DNA from: Adineta vaga
Lineage: Eukaryota; Animalia; Rotifera
Direction of reading: 5' to 3'
Length of the DNA: 64,000 bases
Assembly (NCBI GenBank): GCA_021613535.1
Contig: CP075495.1
Coordinates: 10,106,001 to 10,170,000, forward strand
Both the position numbers and the translations under genes were made by a program. Within the stretch, counting starts at the first letter, position 1. The number at the start of each line of letters is the position of its first letter. Shown in pieces: positions 41,076-55,749 of the stretch. The notes under the pieces are model-generated. The model worked only from the letters and a program-made list of their open reading frames with translations. It had not been told where the DNA came from and did not search any database.

Positions 41076-43936
41076 TGATATTAATGTTCTATATGTTAAT
41101 GTATGATTTGTTTATCCTATTATTGTTATCAAAAGGTTATCCGTTAACTGCGAAGATCAGCCAGATGGTATTTTAATAGTAAATGGAAAAAAAGAATAAT
41201 AACCATCTAACGAAGATCATAACTTCGTTTATACGAATGTATTACTCCTGTATTTCTGATATCAAATCTCTATGTGTTTTTGAAATAGTCTATATCCATT
41301 TTGTCAACACATATAATGCAAACGTATTTGCATATTGATTTACTGTATGCAAAATATTAGTGATCCTATTGACATAGCTTTGAAATCTGCCTGTCTTTTT
41401 TTCGATATGATGGTTTTCATAACTGAAATATGATATTTATTTTTCAAACATAGCACATTGTACATGAAAATTTCCAAATGAATAGTTTTGAGCGTGGAAA
41501 GAGAAATCATTTTTCTTAACAACGAATGGTATCAGAAAAGCAAATATAAGTGTCAAATTCTGTTGTGATATTCATCATTGGTCAACGATAATGTATTCAT
41601 TTGTGTCGAAACAATGCTCAATAGAATATATACGTATATTACATTGTTCGTTTCTTAAAAGTTTTTATTGGTAAATATTAGTCTAATAAAATAAAACTGA
41701 CATATTTCTCGTTTATGAGTTAATGTCAAATTTTATTTTGATAAAAGATTATATAGAATACCACGCACAAACAAATCTATTCAAAACTGCTGAGAACGAG
41801 ATCTATTATTATGAAGAACTATCTTCAATCCCAATAACTAATTAACGTCAAATTATCAAGGAAAGAAAAAAACATTTCAAGCTCCCGAGATCAACTCTGA
41901 CATGCAATGGAAAAACACCACGACCGCTAGAAGTTTCTGTTTTTCTCTCGTAAAATTTTAAAAAGAATACGCCTCAGAAAAGTTCGACATAATGTATATT
42001 AACTTCTAGACAAGCCCATAGAATAATTATGAAGACGTACTTCAAGTCCTGCATAATTAAATTACCAGATGTCTCGAATATCCATGATATGAAGAAGTTT
42101 CTTTTACAAGGAAATTTATACGAATGATATTGTCAATAGCAATTAAAATTTGTCGACAATAATTCCATTATTTAGTTATCTAATAGACTTCTTTAGATTC
42201 AATAAATATTAACATGAAAATGAAAAATGACAAATGCATATTCAGACATGTTTTTGGGTGAGATTATTTTTCTAAAAATAATATAACCTAGATGCCATCT
42301 GTCAATATTACGAACTGTTAAATTGAAGATGAAAAAGAAGAGCATCTAAATATGTGACGCAGTCGTCAATCATTATTTATCACGCTATGAAAAAAGTACA
42401 TTATATTCTTAAATAGATAAACGAACATCACAAAAAACTGTTTAAACAATATTTTGAATATACACGATATTTTTACATTCATTTAAGATATTGCATTCAT
42501 ATGTTATTAATAATAAATTGAATAATTATGTATTGAAATAACTGATATCTTTTAAAGTACTTTGTACTTATTGAATAATAAAGTTGAATCTTAGACTTGA
42601 AAAAAAAGGATTTTTTTAGCTTATTTTATTCTGCCTCTAATAATGAGTCTATTCCAGATATTGATTAAATTTCTTATGTATTTTTTATATGGATTGTGGC
42701 GTAGAAGACTGTGCATTTCTAATATTTCCACAAGACTAATTCTATTAGTTTGACGTAAAAAGAAATCTTTACTTCTTCTTTTTCATTCATTTGAATATTC
42801 ATGTGATATCTCGTCATAAAAATATCCAATGACCGAGTTGATTTTCTTGGTACATTTGTTATTTATCATATCGATAATTTTTCTTACTTCATATTCCAAT
42901 ATCGTTGTAGAAGTAGAATAGTTGTGATAGAATTGTAATCTAATTAATTCTTAGTAAATACGGATAGAAATGAAAGAAGTTAATCTCATTGAGCTAATCG
43001 AAAACTATTTCCTCATTTAAATAACGGGACTATGATGTTAAAAAAACAAATCATGCTTAACATGCAAACGATGAAGACATATGAGATAGAAAATGATGGT
43101 AATAAAATATTGTATAATTAGTTAATACCAACTTGTAGAGATGTAGGATGAACGAAAAAAAAAAATAAGGAAACAAGGCCTTGAATTTCATATTCCTTTA
43201 TAGATTGATTAGTAAAACTCATATGTGAACTATTTATATACACATATATTTGATCATTTAAAACTATTCAAGATACAGACATTTATCTGATACGGGAAAA
43301 GAGAAGTTAAACTCAAGAGAATTTGGCATTATTTTACAATGTAGAGGAACAGCACAAATCAATTAGGAAATGTCATCTCTGCTTCCTTTTCCAGATATAC
43401 ATTTATCATTATATGAAAGCTTTTCAATACATTCAAACAATTGTTCCTAGACAAGGTTACTATAACATCAAATGTTTATTTATAATCATTATTCATGAAA
43501 TAAAATTATTCATAGCTATAGCATAAGTAATTGAACTTCATTTCTATTCAATATAAAATATTAACGAACCGACTAGAATCATTATGACCTTCTTCAAACT
43601 ATAATCATATGAATATATTATATCAAGTTATCTATCTGATTAGTTTTTTTCCTCGCTGCTGCTGCTGATAATAATATTAGTCTTTCTGAGAAATGCGGAA
43701 TAAAATGTTCTTTTAATTCTTAGCTAAAAACATCTGCATAGTGCAGAAACATTTTATTCAAGTCATAAACCATATTAGTAAGTACAAAATCTACAGAAAA
43801 AAGCAATTAAAACTTTCTTTAAATAAGGCTTATGAAAATATTATCGTTGTAGTTAGATTCACATCAATGAATAAAATGACATGATAAAGATGAGTTTGAA
43901 TGTTTTTTTTATCAATGGGATACGCAAAATCATCAT

Positions 43937-45263
43937 TCAAGTTTGTTTGATGACTTGTTGAATTGGATAAGATTTCACATATGGTGAAAGAGGACATGTT
44001 CGTTGCTTTGTTTGATAAACAGCTTGATAAATATTCTGTGTCACATTCTCTGTTGGTGATGAACGACGATCCGGTTGCGAACAATGTCGTTGAAAGAATT
44101 TTTGTACATGTCTTAGATAATGTTTTCCAATACGTTTTAATTCTCGTCGAAATTGTCTTCCACTTAAACAATAAACATAGAAATTTAATGAACTAGTTGC
44201 AAGAATAATAACACTTATCCAATGTGTTAAAACAAAATCAAGTGTTGAGAAGAAAACAAGCGATGTAATACAGGACGAAAGAAAAAATAACAAGGAATGT
44301 AATATTAAAACGATATTCATCCATGACATTTTTCCAAATGGTACATTTGTCATTGTTTGTGGTGATCCTTTTAGAGAATATTGTCGTTGATATTGTTGAT
44401 GTCGATCATTTAAATGTATTGGTATTGAACCGGGTAGTTTTATCGTAGAACCAGTTCCGATTGAAACAGATAATTGATTTGTATGATTATGTTTTTGTTG
44501 TTGTTGTCGACGTCGTCGTTTAACATGTGCTGTAGTACATAAAATACAAGTTATAATTCCAATATTAAATATACCAACTAATAACGATGGAATAACTTCT
44601 GAAAATAAACAACGAATTGTATGATAATTAGGTCCAAACGATAGATCATCGAAATATTTTTGCCAATTTGATGAAACATGTTGTGCATTGTAAGTGCATT
44701 GAATAGTTCCATGAGTTTCATTGGAACTAAAAGGATAGGAAAGGAAAATGAACAATGAAGAAATCTAGAATAAATTCTTTATACTTTGTTAAATTTGGTG
44801 AAAACAAGAGCACAGTTGGACCGGTAACGATACTAACCATAATTATTATGATAATAACCATCCAAAGAAATTTATATTTTTTTAATAAATGAAAATTTAC
44901 ATGTCGATCAATTAAATTTAAACGTGACGTTACATAAATAAATCGTTCAATAACCCAAAAAACTGTTATCCATGCTGCAATAACACGAAATGACGAAGAT
45001 AAACGAAAGATTTTACAGGATAACCAATGAGTACTAACAATATTTTCGGATAACCATCGTCGTGTTGTCGAATGAAGTAATAATGAATAACGTATAATGA
45101 ACAAAAGATTAATAGAAAAAGATGTCAATGATAAAATAGCATATGTTGAACAACAACGAAAACGTCGAGAAGAAAAAACAACCAGACCAAGAAGATTTCC
45201 AATAAAACCAAGAATGAATAAGATGACGCAGATTGAATCTGTTGTTATAATAACAAGAGCCAT
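43937..45263 (-). CDS. Orphan class A (rhodopsin-like) GPCR
   Basis: GFIGN (TM1), CKI...IERF (TM3), SSLNFYVYCLSGRQFR (TM7/H8); one 58-nt intron at 44784-44727. Confidence 0.88.
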
Positions 45264-46588
45264 TTACTGTTAATAAAAAGATCGAACTATTATATTAGAA
45301 AATAAGTTTTCAGTTGACATGAAGACTGAATAGAAAAGATAGCAAGATGTATAGAAGAAAAACGAAGAAGAAGAAGAAGAGAGATAGGAATGCAGAAACA
45401 TAGAAAATACTATTCTCACGATACCGGAAAAAACAACGACAAATGCAGAAAAGAAGATTTTTGTTCTTTATTCTTATCATCTTCTATACATTTGAACGAC
45501 ACACTATTCAAATGGAAGATAATAATAAGGTTATATTCGAAATCAAGGGAATCAAATACAAATAACATCCTAGAATACAATCCTTGGCAATTTATTGGTA
45601 AAAAGTCGCGTCCAATTTCTTCATTAGATCGAATTACTATTGAAGACATAAAAGGAAGAAGATATTAAAAGCTAACTTATAGATATTTCTTAATTTATTC
45701 TTATTTGAGAATTTACAGAATATTCTATAAATGGATGAAAATAATAGATTCGATAAACACAAACTATCTGAGCTAAAATTAGATTCTTTTTCACAAATCA
45801 GTACACAAATACAAAAAACAAATGTTTTAAGAAAGAGTGAAACTTTTATATCTCCTCCGGATGCTTATGAGTGCATACATTTTTTCGATCTTTTGTTTTG
45901 GAATGAGACTACGCGCCTACATTTCCAAGCATTTTGAGACTTTTTTTGAAATCTTAATAAAAGTTAGTGAGAAAAAAAGAAGTTGACATTTCCGTAAGAC
46001 AAATGACGTGCTACTCATTCTTTACATGTGCGTGTATGTCGAAAATGATTGTACTCAGTGACAAGTATATATTATTGAAATTAATCTTATGAAAATTGTT
46101 AATAAGAAAAAAAGTTTATCAAATAAGAGCATATTAGACAGTAAACGTACGCTGAAAATCGACGAGAAAAGTCATATTAATAAGAATTTTTACGATCGAG
46201 AGCGACAAAGTAAACATAATCCTATTAAATAAATGTAATCCGTTATTTTTTTCAAAACCGATGAATGAATCTTTTCAATGCTCCCAATCATTTTACTTCC
46301 AGTGTTAATGTTTTGTTGAATTGATTCGATTATAGATGATTAAAATATTAACAAAAATTATTTTGATTTTTCGAATCTAATAAATCGTGATCATTTCTTT
46401 CTTTTTTCTTTTATTATTAAAATGTGAAATAATATCTGTCAAATATTCTGTAAATCTGTCTCTGATGAAGTAAATGATATTCAATATCTCATACATAACA
46501 ACATAACCAGTTTGCATTTTCGTAAAACATTGATTATCTATGAACTATTCTTGAATCCTGCACTCAAGATATCAATCTACCAAAATTC

Positions 46589-46987
46589 ATGATTAAACAA
46601 AATCGACCATTGTTAATTATCTGTCTTTTTATTTTAACTTTGCTTATCTTGATAAGTTTACATTACAAAAAACTATTCGATATAAAACAGCAAATGTTTC
46701 TAGTTACAATTGTGGATTATCGTTGGAATTTATTAGCAAATATTTCTGTTCAGTTTTATTCAAGTGAACAATATTATCAAGAATCTTATACGAATAAATA
46801 TGGACAAGTAAAATTCTATGTAAATGCTGCTATTTGTAATAGGAAATATATTCAAATATCAGTTGGTGATATTACAGAATACATTTTATCAACAGATCAT
46901 GAAATTACTATAAGAATTCATACGATTAATCAAGATACTGGTGAGATGTATGATCAAGAATTACGTAATGAATATGAAATACAATAA
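46589..46987 (+). CDS. Small signal-anchored protein with a prealbumin/Cna-B-like beta motif
   Basis: 132-aa ATG ORF in an otherwise ORF-poor AT-rich stretch; hydrophobic N-terminus then VTIVD...LLANISVQF...YTNKYGQVKF. Confidence 0.6.
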   Translation: MIKQNRPLLIICLFILTLLILISLHYKKLFDIKQQMFLVTIVDYRWNLLANISVQFYSSEQYYQESYTNKYGQVKFYVNAAICNRKYIQISVGDITEYILSTDHEITIRIHTINQDTGEMYDQELRNEYEIQ

Positions 46988-49900
46988 AAGATCGTTTATC
47001 TTTCATTACTTTCATGATATTTCGTGAGTGCATTAGACAAATAATGTCATTGATTAAAAAATAAAGAGAACTGCCATAAAAGAATGTGTTCTGTTTGGTT
47101 AGGATATATTTTCAAAGACTTACATGTTAAGGACATGTTAAGATGTGATGAATATATCATGTTTCTTAAAAAAAACACACATCTACTCCAATCGTTATTT
47201 ATGTGATGCAAGCAAGGGAATTTTCGTTATATAGATGATACTCAAAAGGATTTATTTGGACATATTTGAAGGTCGTTCAAATGTTAAGAACATCCTGATG
47301 CCTTTTCTTTTAAAATATAATTAAATATAGAAATATTTACAACAAAAAAAGCAGTTACAGATCATCATATATATCATAAAGATGCATGATTCGCACTCTT
47401 TAATCTATTTAGCGATGGCATGTCATCGCCAGATGTTCTAAACGAATATGGAATTTATTTTTTATAAATATTCAGTAATAATGAACCACCTGAAAGATTA
47501 ATGATAAATATATGACTTTTCATGACTTTGGTTTTACTTAAAAATGAGAAATTTACACATGAAAGCAAAATGAATAGCTTTTTTCTTATTATATTTCATT
47601 TATCTCGAGATATCAGACTAAATCGTGTAATAGAAAACACGATACATGAAAATATCATAGAATCAGATTTATCAACAATCTAGAATCGACAAAGCATGAA
47701 ATTAAGTGCAGAAAAGGTCAAAAAAAATAATAATCACAAATTTGTGATTTCGATCATAAGGACCTAAACTTTGCAATCGTGATATCTTATATCAAACTAG
47801 TAAATGAATAAATCCATAAAGATTATCATGCTCTGATTAACAAATGAATATAAAAACAAGTATCCGATTTTGTATTTCAAATTAGACGATACATCATGTT
47901 CTGTCAACTGAGTGTATAGACAAATTTATGGAACAGTTAAGAATGAATATTCGAAGGATAGAAAAGTTCTTTTACACTTTTTCTTGTGAAAAAATTCGAT
48001 TGAAAAATCATTCGAAAGGAAGCTCGAATCATCTTAATTAAATATCATGTACCTGAGATACTGATTAAATCGTTAACGCTTTTTTGCAATATCTACGGAA
48101 GAACACGTCCTATATTCGTATTCGAATATGATGTTCTTTCATTCGTAAAAGCTTATTCACCTATATATTTCCCAAATTAATACTAAACAGAGCATATATG
48201 TGTGAATAATTAGATGATAATTTATTTTTAATAAAGAATATATCATACGTACCTTTTAAATAACTAACTTTCAATCAATAGTTGAATGATAATATGAAGT
48301 AAACATAATGAGAAACCATGCAAAAGATCAATAATTGATTATCTGACTATCAACTTTAGAGATAAAAAATAGTCATGCAATGTGTTATAACTATTAGTTT
48401 GTTTATTTATGAGATATGAAAAAGTTTAGTAGGTCAAATTTTTGATTGAATATGGACGTATATAGCATCTGCTTCGTATTAGTACAAATTCACTGATGAA
48501 TGTATGAGTATCATGTTAGTATTTCTATTACGTACATTTAGATTAATTTGTAGTATCATTTTGAAGAACAACTATTTGTTTTTCTTGCTGAAGAAATTTA
48601 ACAATGAAAGAAATATTGAAGAGAAAATAATCTCTCGAAATAGAACCTTTGAACTCCATAACGAATCTGTTAATATATTTTTCAAGAACTTTGAATTTGT
48701 TTTTCACGCAAGGATAGTTTTATACTTAATATATCATTATCTTGTTGTTTTTTTATGATAATAATATTTGATTTATTCACACACTTGGTTATTAATGTTC
48801 TACTAGATAAATCAGTATAATTCTTCTTATAAAACATCTTCAATAAGTAATGAATTATAATTATTTAGTATGAACTATCGTTATATTCCATTGAGTGCAA
48901 ATTCCGTCCATGACGATTCATTGTTTTTCTTGATTAGATCGTATAATCAAATGATATTAATTCATTTCCTTGAAAATATGTCCACAATTACTATTCTGAT
49001 TTTCTCCTCATCAATATTTATAAACATGATGATTCGTTCTTCTTTGAATTTAATCAATAGAATTAACATTAAATACCATTTTTCTCAACTATACTTTCAC
49101 AATTATTGATCTCTCAATCATCCCTATTAACGGGTATATAATTACACAGAACGAAGTAAACTTATAATCAATTTAAAATTTTATTGATATATTTCTATCA
49201 AACTTATGTACGTTTTTAATGACACGGGCGTCATTCGAACGATATTCACCTATTTTCTATAATCGTTAACTACTACATCGTAATTTTAACCGTTTTCATA
49301 TTTTAGTTTTTATCAATTTCAATAGTAATATTATATACAGCTAATTTTTTTATTTATACTGTTTGAATGGAGAATATTTTCATTGCAATGAGTTCTTTTT
49401 GTAGTCGCACAATGTGACGTATATTGCAGGATAAAATCAAGTTGTTATTGGTAATTTAAAAGACCGAAGGACGATCATAAAACCAAATTGATATTTATCT
49501 AATCTTATCACAAATAAATTTGAATAAAATCGAAATAATCAAATTCTTTTTTTTCTAATATTAGATAATTGACATGTTGATCTAGACTGATCAATGTCAA
49601 ATATTCATTTAGTTTTATTCTACTTTTTGTTTTAATTGATTTTTATCTTGAACTTCAACCAATCTCGTGATTGACAGATATTTAATATACTTATCTTGTT
49701 ATTAATGTTAACAGTTTACTAATAAAAAAGTGTCAATAGTAAATTCAATGTCGTTGCTTATTGATAAAAACAAATAACGTTGTTATTGATCCAAGTCATA
49801 TTTTATGCATCATACCATATTACATGAATAATGAGATATGTACTCCTCAATCATGCCGAACATATATAGTATAAAGTGACGATTGGAATCATTCTTTTTC

Positions 49901-50166
49901 TTTCTATCATTAATAGTTTAAATGACATATTTAGATGTTTATTCTGCTAGTTATATTCAGCTGACGTCCTTTTTTTATGATTTACTATGAATTTTCTGAC
50001 GACATGAGAATGATTTCTGTATCTTGAAAGAAAAAATATGGAACAGATGTTCGTTTATATCCTTGATTAATCAAAGATAATAGATGATCAATAATTCGAT
50101 GATAATCTATTTTCTTAAGTCACTTGATGATCAGTATTCCTTCCTAACAGAATAAAACACTCTTTA

Positions 50167-51471
50167 ATGTATATACGAATACCATTACTTGGATTCGGTG
50201 AAGATGGAGATATTCATTTCATTCGATCAGGTAAAATCATTGAGTGATTTGTTTTCTTTTCAAATAGAACCTATTTTAGATGATCATTCAACTCGTACGC
50301 AACATCACTGTTTACTTTTTCGACATACATTACATCAAATAAGTTTATTACTAACTGTCATCATCTATTTAATATTGGGTGGTCTATTTTTTGAATATAT
50401 TGAGTCGCAATATTATTTGAAAAACGATGATGTACGAAAAGAAATTATTCATGAAACCTATGAAAATATTCGTGTCTATGCTGTTTATTTATTAAATGAA
50501 CAATTAAATGAAAATTTTGAAAATGCTTATTATCAATGGCGTTGGCAATCTAATCGATCGATGAATTATATTTATTTAAATAATGAACGAGCAAACTTAC
50601 TTGATAATCGAACAACAATCGAAATCGAACAAATGTCTCTACGTTTATCTATGCAACATGTTTCTGTCGAAAAATTTGTTTATAAATGGACATATTCAAC
50701 AGCAATACTTTATGCTGCAACTTTAGTTACAACAATTGGTTACGGAAATATATCACCAAAAACTGCACGAGGAAAAATCTTCACTGTCATTTGTAAACTA
50801 ATGTCTTTGATTGCAATTTTAGTAATCCTTTTTAGTTTTTTATTTATTAGATGCATTAGTAGGTATCTTATTAGTTGTATCATGGATAAAATTAGTTGGA
50901 GAATCTTTAGCAATAGTTGTAACAAGATATTATCGACGTTTAAAACAATGTTTACGACATATGAAAAGTAAAAGAGTACCATTAAGAAAAAAGGTATGTA
51001 TATGAAATAAAGATTTGATATATGATCAATATAATAAGAAAGAAATTGACAATATAAATGTGTCGGTATTTGATTGATTAATTGAATAGAATAATAAATA
51101 TTTGAAGATATCTTTTTTAGGATTATCGACGAAAAAAAGTACCATTTCATGTGTCTATAATATTGTTGACTCTCTATCTTCTTGCTGGTTCGATTCTTTT
51201 TGCAACATGGGAAGGATGGTCGTATATAGATGGAGCTTATTTCTCATTTATTACATTTACAACAATTGGTTTTGGAGATTTTGTGCCTGGTGAAAGTACG
51301 ATTAGTCAACGTAATGGAAGATCACTTCTTTGTGCATTCTATTTATTATTTGGTGTTTTATTAACTGCAATGTGTTTTAAATTAATTCAAGAAGATGTTG
51401 ATCGACTGAAGACAAATCTTTTTCAACGTTTTGGTATTGTTCATGTGCTATTACCATCAACAACAAAATAA
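50167..51471 (+). CDS. Two-pore-domain (K2P, TWIK-family) potassium channel
   Basis: YLILGGLFFEYIE, WTYSTAILY...TTIGYGNISP, EGWSYIDGAYFSFITFTTIGFGDFVP; introns 50793-50850 and 50994-51120; start either 50167 (with a 37-nt intron) or 50204. Confidence 0.93.
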
Positions 51472-51866
51472 CTACATTAAAGTATTTCTTTATTGATGTC
51501 TTTTACATACAGACATTCATTCACTCTCTCTATATATATCGCTTTTCTTTTTTCTGTTCTTTTCTCTTCGATAAATAAATTTAGTCATAGAATAACTGAC
51601 ATAGTGGAAAGAAAAGAGAAACACATGAAGTCTGATGAAAGAACGAAAAAAAAATAGCGTTGGCAGACTGATGAGATAGAAAAAAAGGGGAAAATGCATC
51701 TATGATCCGATGTGAATAAGATGAAAAGCATGTTTTTTTTTATCAATTCTGCAACAGTTCTCTTTTTTTCACATATTAATCATTTCATATCAGCTTCTGA
51801 ATGGTTTTTTCTTCTTTTATTGATATATTTCATCTAAGTCATTTCTTTATTTATTTCATAGGAATC

Positions 51867-54800
51867 ATGACAACGATTACTAGCAATAATGATAAAGAAT
51901 CCACACTTGTGATACATTTCGATCGGGATTGGAAATATTTTTGTACAATTAATAATCAATCAAATGAAAAATTCATATCAATAAATTTTAATGATCAACA
52001 GTGGAAAGCGATCGATTTACCACATAGAAATGTTCTGAATCCTTCTTTCCAATATTGGTATCGTAAGAATTTTGAATGGAGAAATAAACCAGAATTTCAA
52101 CAACATGTTTATTTACATTTTAATTCGGCTGAAGATGATAATGATGAAAGTGAAGAAATGAAAATACCTTCAGTTATTGTTTGGTTAAACGAAATTCAAA
52201 TATATTCAGGTACTTTACCAAAACCAATTCAATTAACACAACATCTACGCATCAATGCAAATAATATCCTAGCTATTTGTTCAACAGAAGGTCATACACT
52301 TGCATTAAATGCTCAAATATGTATGCCACGTGTTTGTGTGGGTCAAGTGAAATACGATGATGTTAATGAATTAACAATGAAAAATCGACCACACATGATC
52401 GATTATACAGCTAGTTTTAATGATTCGGATGGACTTATTGATGTTTTTATTGATTCATTAAAAAAAAAGAAGGAAGATACGCTTCAAGAAATATCTAATG
52501 GAGATGAAGATAGTGAATGGCAACATGTCACTGGTACGGAACAATCTGAAATGAAATCAGAATTTGAAACAGGTCCAATACCTCGTCTAGCTATTCTCAT
52601 GCTTATCGTTGGTACACGTGGTGATGTTCAACCATTTATTGCACTTGCTAAAGCACTTCTTGCTTGCGGTCATCGAGTTCGTCTTGCAACACATGAAACA
52701 TTTAGAAAGTTTGTTCGAGAAAATGGGATCGAATTCTATCCATTGGCTGGTGATCCAGCTGATCTGATGTCATTTATGGTAAAGAATGCTGGCATTGTTC
52801 CATCTGTAAGTAGTATCGTTGCTGGTGATGTGGCTAAAAGTCGACGTGTAATTGCTGAAATACTTGCATCTACATGGAAAGCATGTACTGAAGAAGATGA
52901 TGAAACAGATGTACCATTTACTGCTGAAGCAATCATTGCTAATCCACCTTCCTATGGTCATATACATTGTGCACAAAAGTTACAAATACCATTGCATATG
53001 ATGTTCACTATGCCATGGTCTCCGACATCTCAATTTCCTCATCCATTTGTTAATGTGAATTATGAAATAGGAACAATAGATACAGTGAACATGTTATCCT
53101 ATGATGTTATTGAAATGTTAGTAAGTATTTCTTAGCATTTTAATAAAAGTTTCTACGTATATCTATATAGACATGGTCAGGCATAGGTGATTTAGTCAAC
53201 GAATTTCGTAAGGATTTACTTGGTCTATCTGCATTACATACTCGTCAAGCTGTTCGTTTGATGATTGATGAACGTGTTCCTTACACCTATTGTTGGTCAC
53301 CTTCGCTGGTTCCGAAACCAGTTGATTGGCCTATGCATATCGATGTTTGTGGATTTTTCTTTCTCGATTTAGCAACCAATTATACACCACCTGATGATTT
53401 ACTTCGATTTCTTAAAGCTGGTCCACCTCCAATTTATATCGGTTTTGGTTCGATTACTGGTCATGATCCTCGAAAAATTTTAAGAACAATATTAAAAGCA
53501 TTAACTGCTACTGGATACCGAGCAATATTATCTGGTTTAGGAAGTGAAACTGATCAGCTACCTGATAATGTATTTAGAATTGGTAATTGTCCACACGATT
53601 GGCTTTTTCAACATGGTATGACATTTCATTCTTTTTTTTAAACTTCTTTCAATAGAACGATTTTTATTGTGTTTTTTTTAAATAGTATCTGCTGTTTGTC
53701 ATCATGGTGGTGCAGGTACAACTGCCGCTGGTCTTCGTGCTGGAAAGCCAACAATTATCGTACCATTCTTTGGCGATCAATTCTTTTGGGGATCAATGAT
53801 TAGTAAAAGTGGTGCTGGTCCTGCACCAATGCCTGGTAAACGTTTAAAATCAAGTGACTTAATAGAAGCCTTCAAAATAGTGCATGAAGTCGGTACTTGT
53901 GCTGCTGCAAAAAAATTACGTATTGCTTTTGAACATGAGAATGGATGTGCAGCAGCTGTTCAATCTTTTCATGCACATATGCCATTGAGTAAAATGCGTA
54001 GTGATCTTGAACCATCATTTGCTGCATGTTTTCGTTTGAATGATTATAATTTACAAATATCACGTCCAGTTGCACAAGTACTTATCTCTGCTGGAGCAAT
54101 TAAAGAATCAGATTTAACACCATTAGCAACACGTGAGTGGCGTGCAGCGATGTATGATGGTCGACCACATTTACCAATACATGGTTTAATGAAACATGGA
54201 CGTAAAGCATTTACAAGTTTATTTATTGATACAGCACAAAGTTTAAAACGAGCCGCTAGTTCAAATAGTTTAACAACCGGTACATTAGATGGTGCAGAAA
54301 GTATTGTGAAAGGTGTCGGAAAAAGTATTGGACATATTTATATTGGTTGTTTATCATTTTATGGTGAAGTAACAGATGTACTTGAACGTTTACCCAAACT
54401 ATACGATCCATACTCCGATATAGATAAACGAAAACGACCACAAATAGACGGTTTCAGTTCGGGTGCAAGAGCTGCTGAACATTCCATATGGCATGGACTT
54501 AAGGATGGTGTTACAGGACTTGTGAATAAACCTCGAGTAGGGTATGAAAGACATGGTGTTTTAGGTGGAGCAGCAGGTGCAGCTGTTGCTATACCAAACA
54601 TTGTTATTAAACCAGTTGTTGGTACACTTGCATCATTAACTTGGCTAGGTCGAGGTATTTATGCTGAAGCCAAACAATTGTCACATCAAAAAGATTCGAA
54701 TTCATCTGATCGATTATCTGTATTTACCCCAGGACATCGACGATCATCATCAGGATCATCAATGAGTAATGGAGATACTTCACCTGAAGGACAAGCATCC

Positions 54801-54995
54801 TTACAATCCGGTTTAAGAATTGATGTATGTAAACAAATTCTAATGGAATTTGAACGTATCAAACATGCACAAAGTACGCGATCTTCTTCTTCATCATTAA
54901 ATGAACATAATAATTTGAAAGAAACAAAAAAACATAATAAATCCAAAAGGATTCTATTTCAACGACAACGTAGCCATTCAGCCACACCTCATTAA
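51867..54995 (+). CDS. Sterol 3-beta-glucosyltransferase-like (GT1, UGT80/ATG26 type), copy 1
   Basis: [68 protein letters not shown]...PFFGDQ; introns 53121-53170 and 53616-53685. Confidence 0.95.
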
Positions 54996-55749
54996 CGTTC
55001 TCTTACATTCTCATTTTCTTTTCCTGTAGTTCTGGTATTCTCTGATAGTTATTATTTTATAATCGTTGTTTTGTTTTGTGCTTATTTTTCCTTCAATTTA
55101 ATGTGCAGATATAATTATTTTTCATTTGAGAATTATATCATATTTAAACTATGCCCTGAACTACTAAAACAAATTGTATATAAACATTAAGAAAATAAAT
55201 CTTTCGAAGTGTTTAGCACGACTTGAACTGAAATTATATAGAACATAAATAATATATTTTCAATAGCAATCATTTCTAATGCATTAATATAGTGACAGAA
55301 TCGTGTCATTCAGTTTAAATAAAACGGTAAGTCTTCATAATGGAATAATTCTGCTGAATTTGAATCATATAACAATTTTTTTCGAATTTTTATCAGAGAT
55401 TGACGTATTTATTGACGGAGAAGTGCAATCATTTATTTTTTTTCTCTGTTCACATTTACTTAATTTCTCGTTGCTTGATTACCCTCACATGTACTCATGT
55501 AAATAGCAACGCGAAAAAATACACACGAGAAGTTGCAAGAATAATGAGAGGAGGAGAATACAACAGCTACCTGACAATTCAATGTCTTTTTCTTTTTTAC
55601 ATAGACATTATCAAAATAATATTTGAGAAGTAGTATTGACATTAAAATCGTTCTTTTCTCGCTTGTTTATGTAAGTAAAGTAGAAAAATAGTGATGAACT
55701 TTTCAACACTGTTCTCTTTTATTAGACGAATAAGGCGAAGAAGACAAGT

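Noticed and set aside
41100-43900. Transposon or MITE in long intergenic DNA (also 47000-50100)
   Set aside because: No terminal repeats, target-site duplications or transposase/RT remnants seen; only short hairpins such as tgaagaactatcttca.
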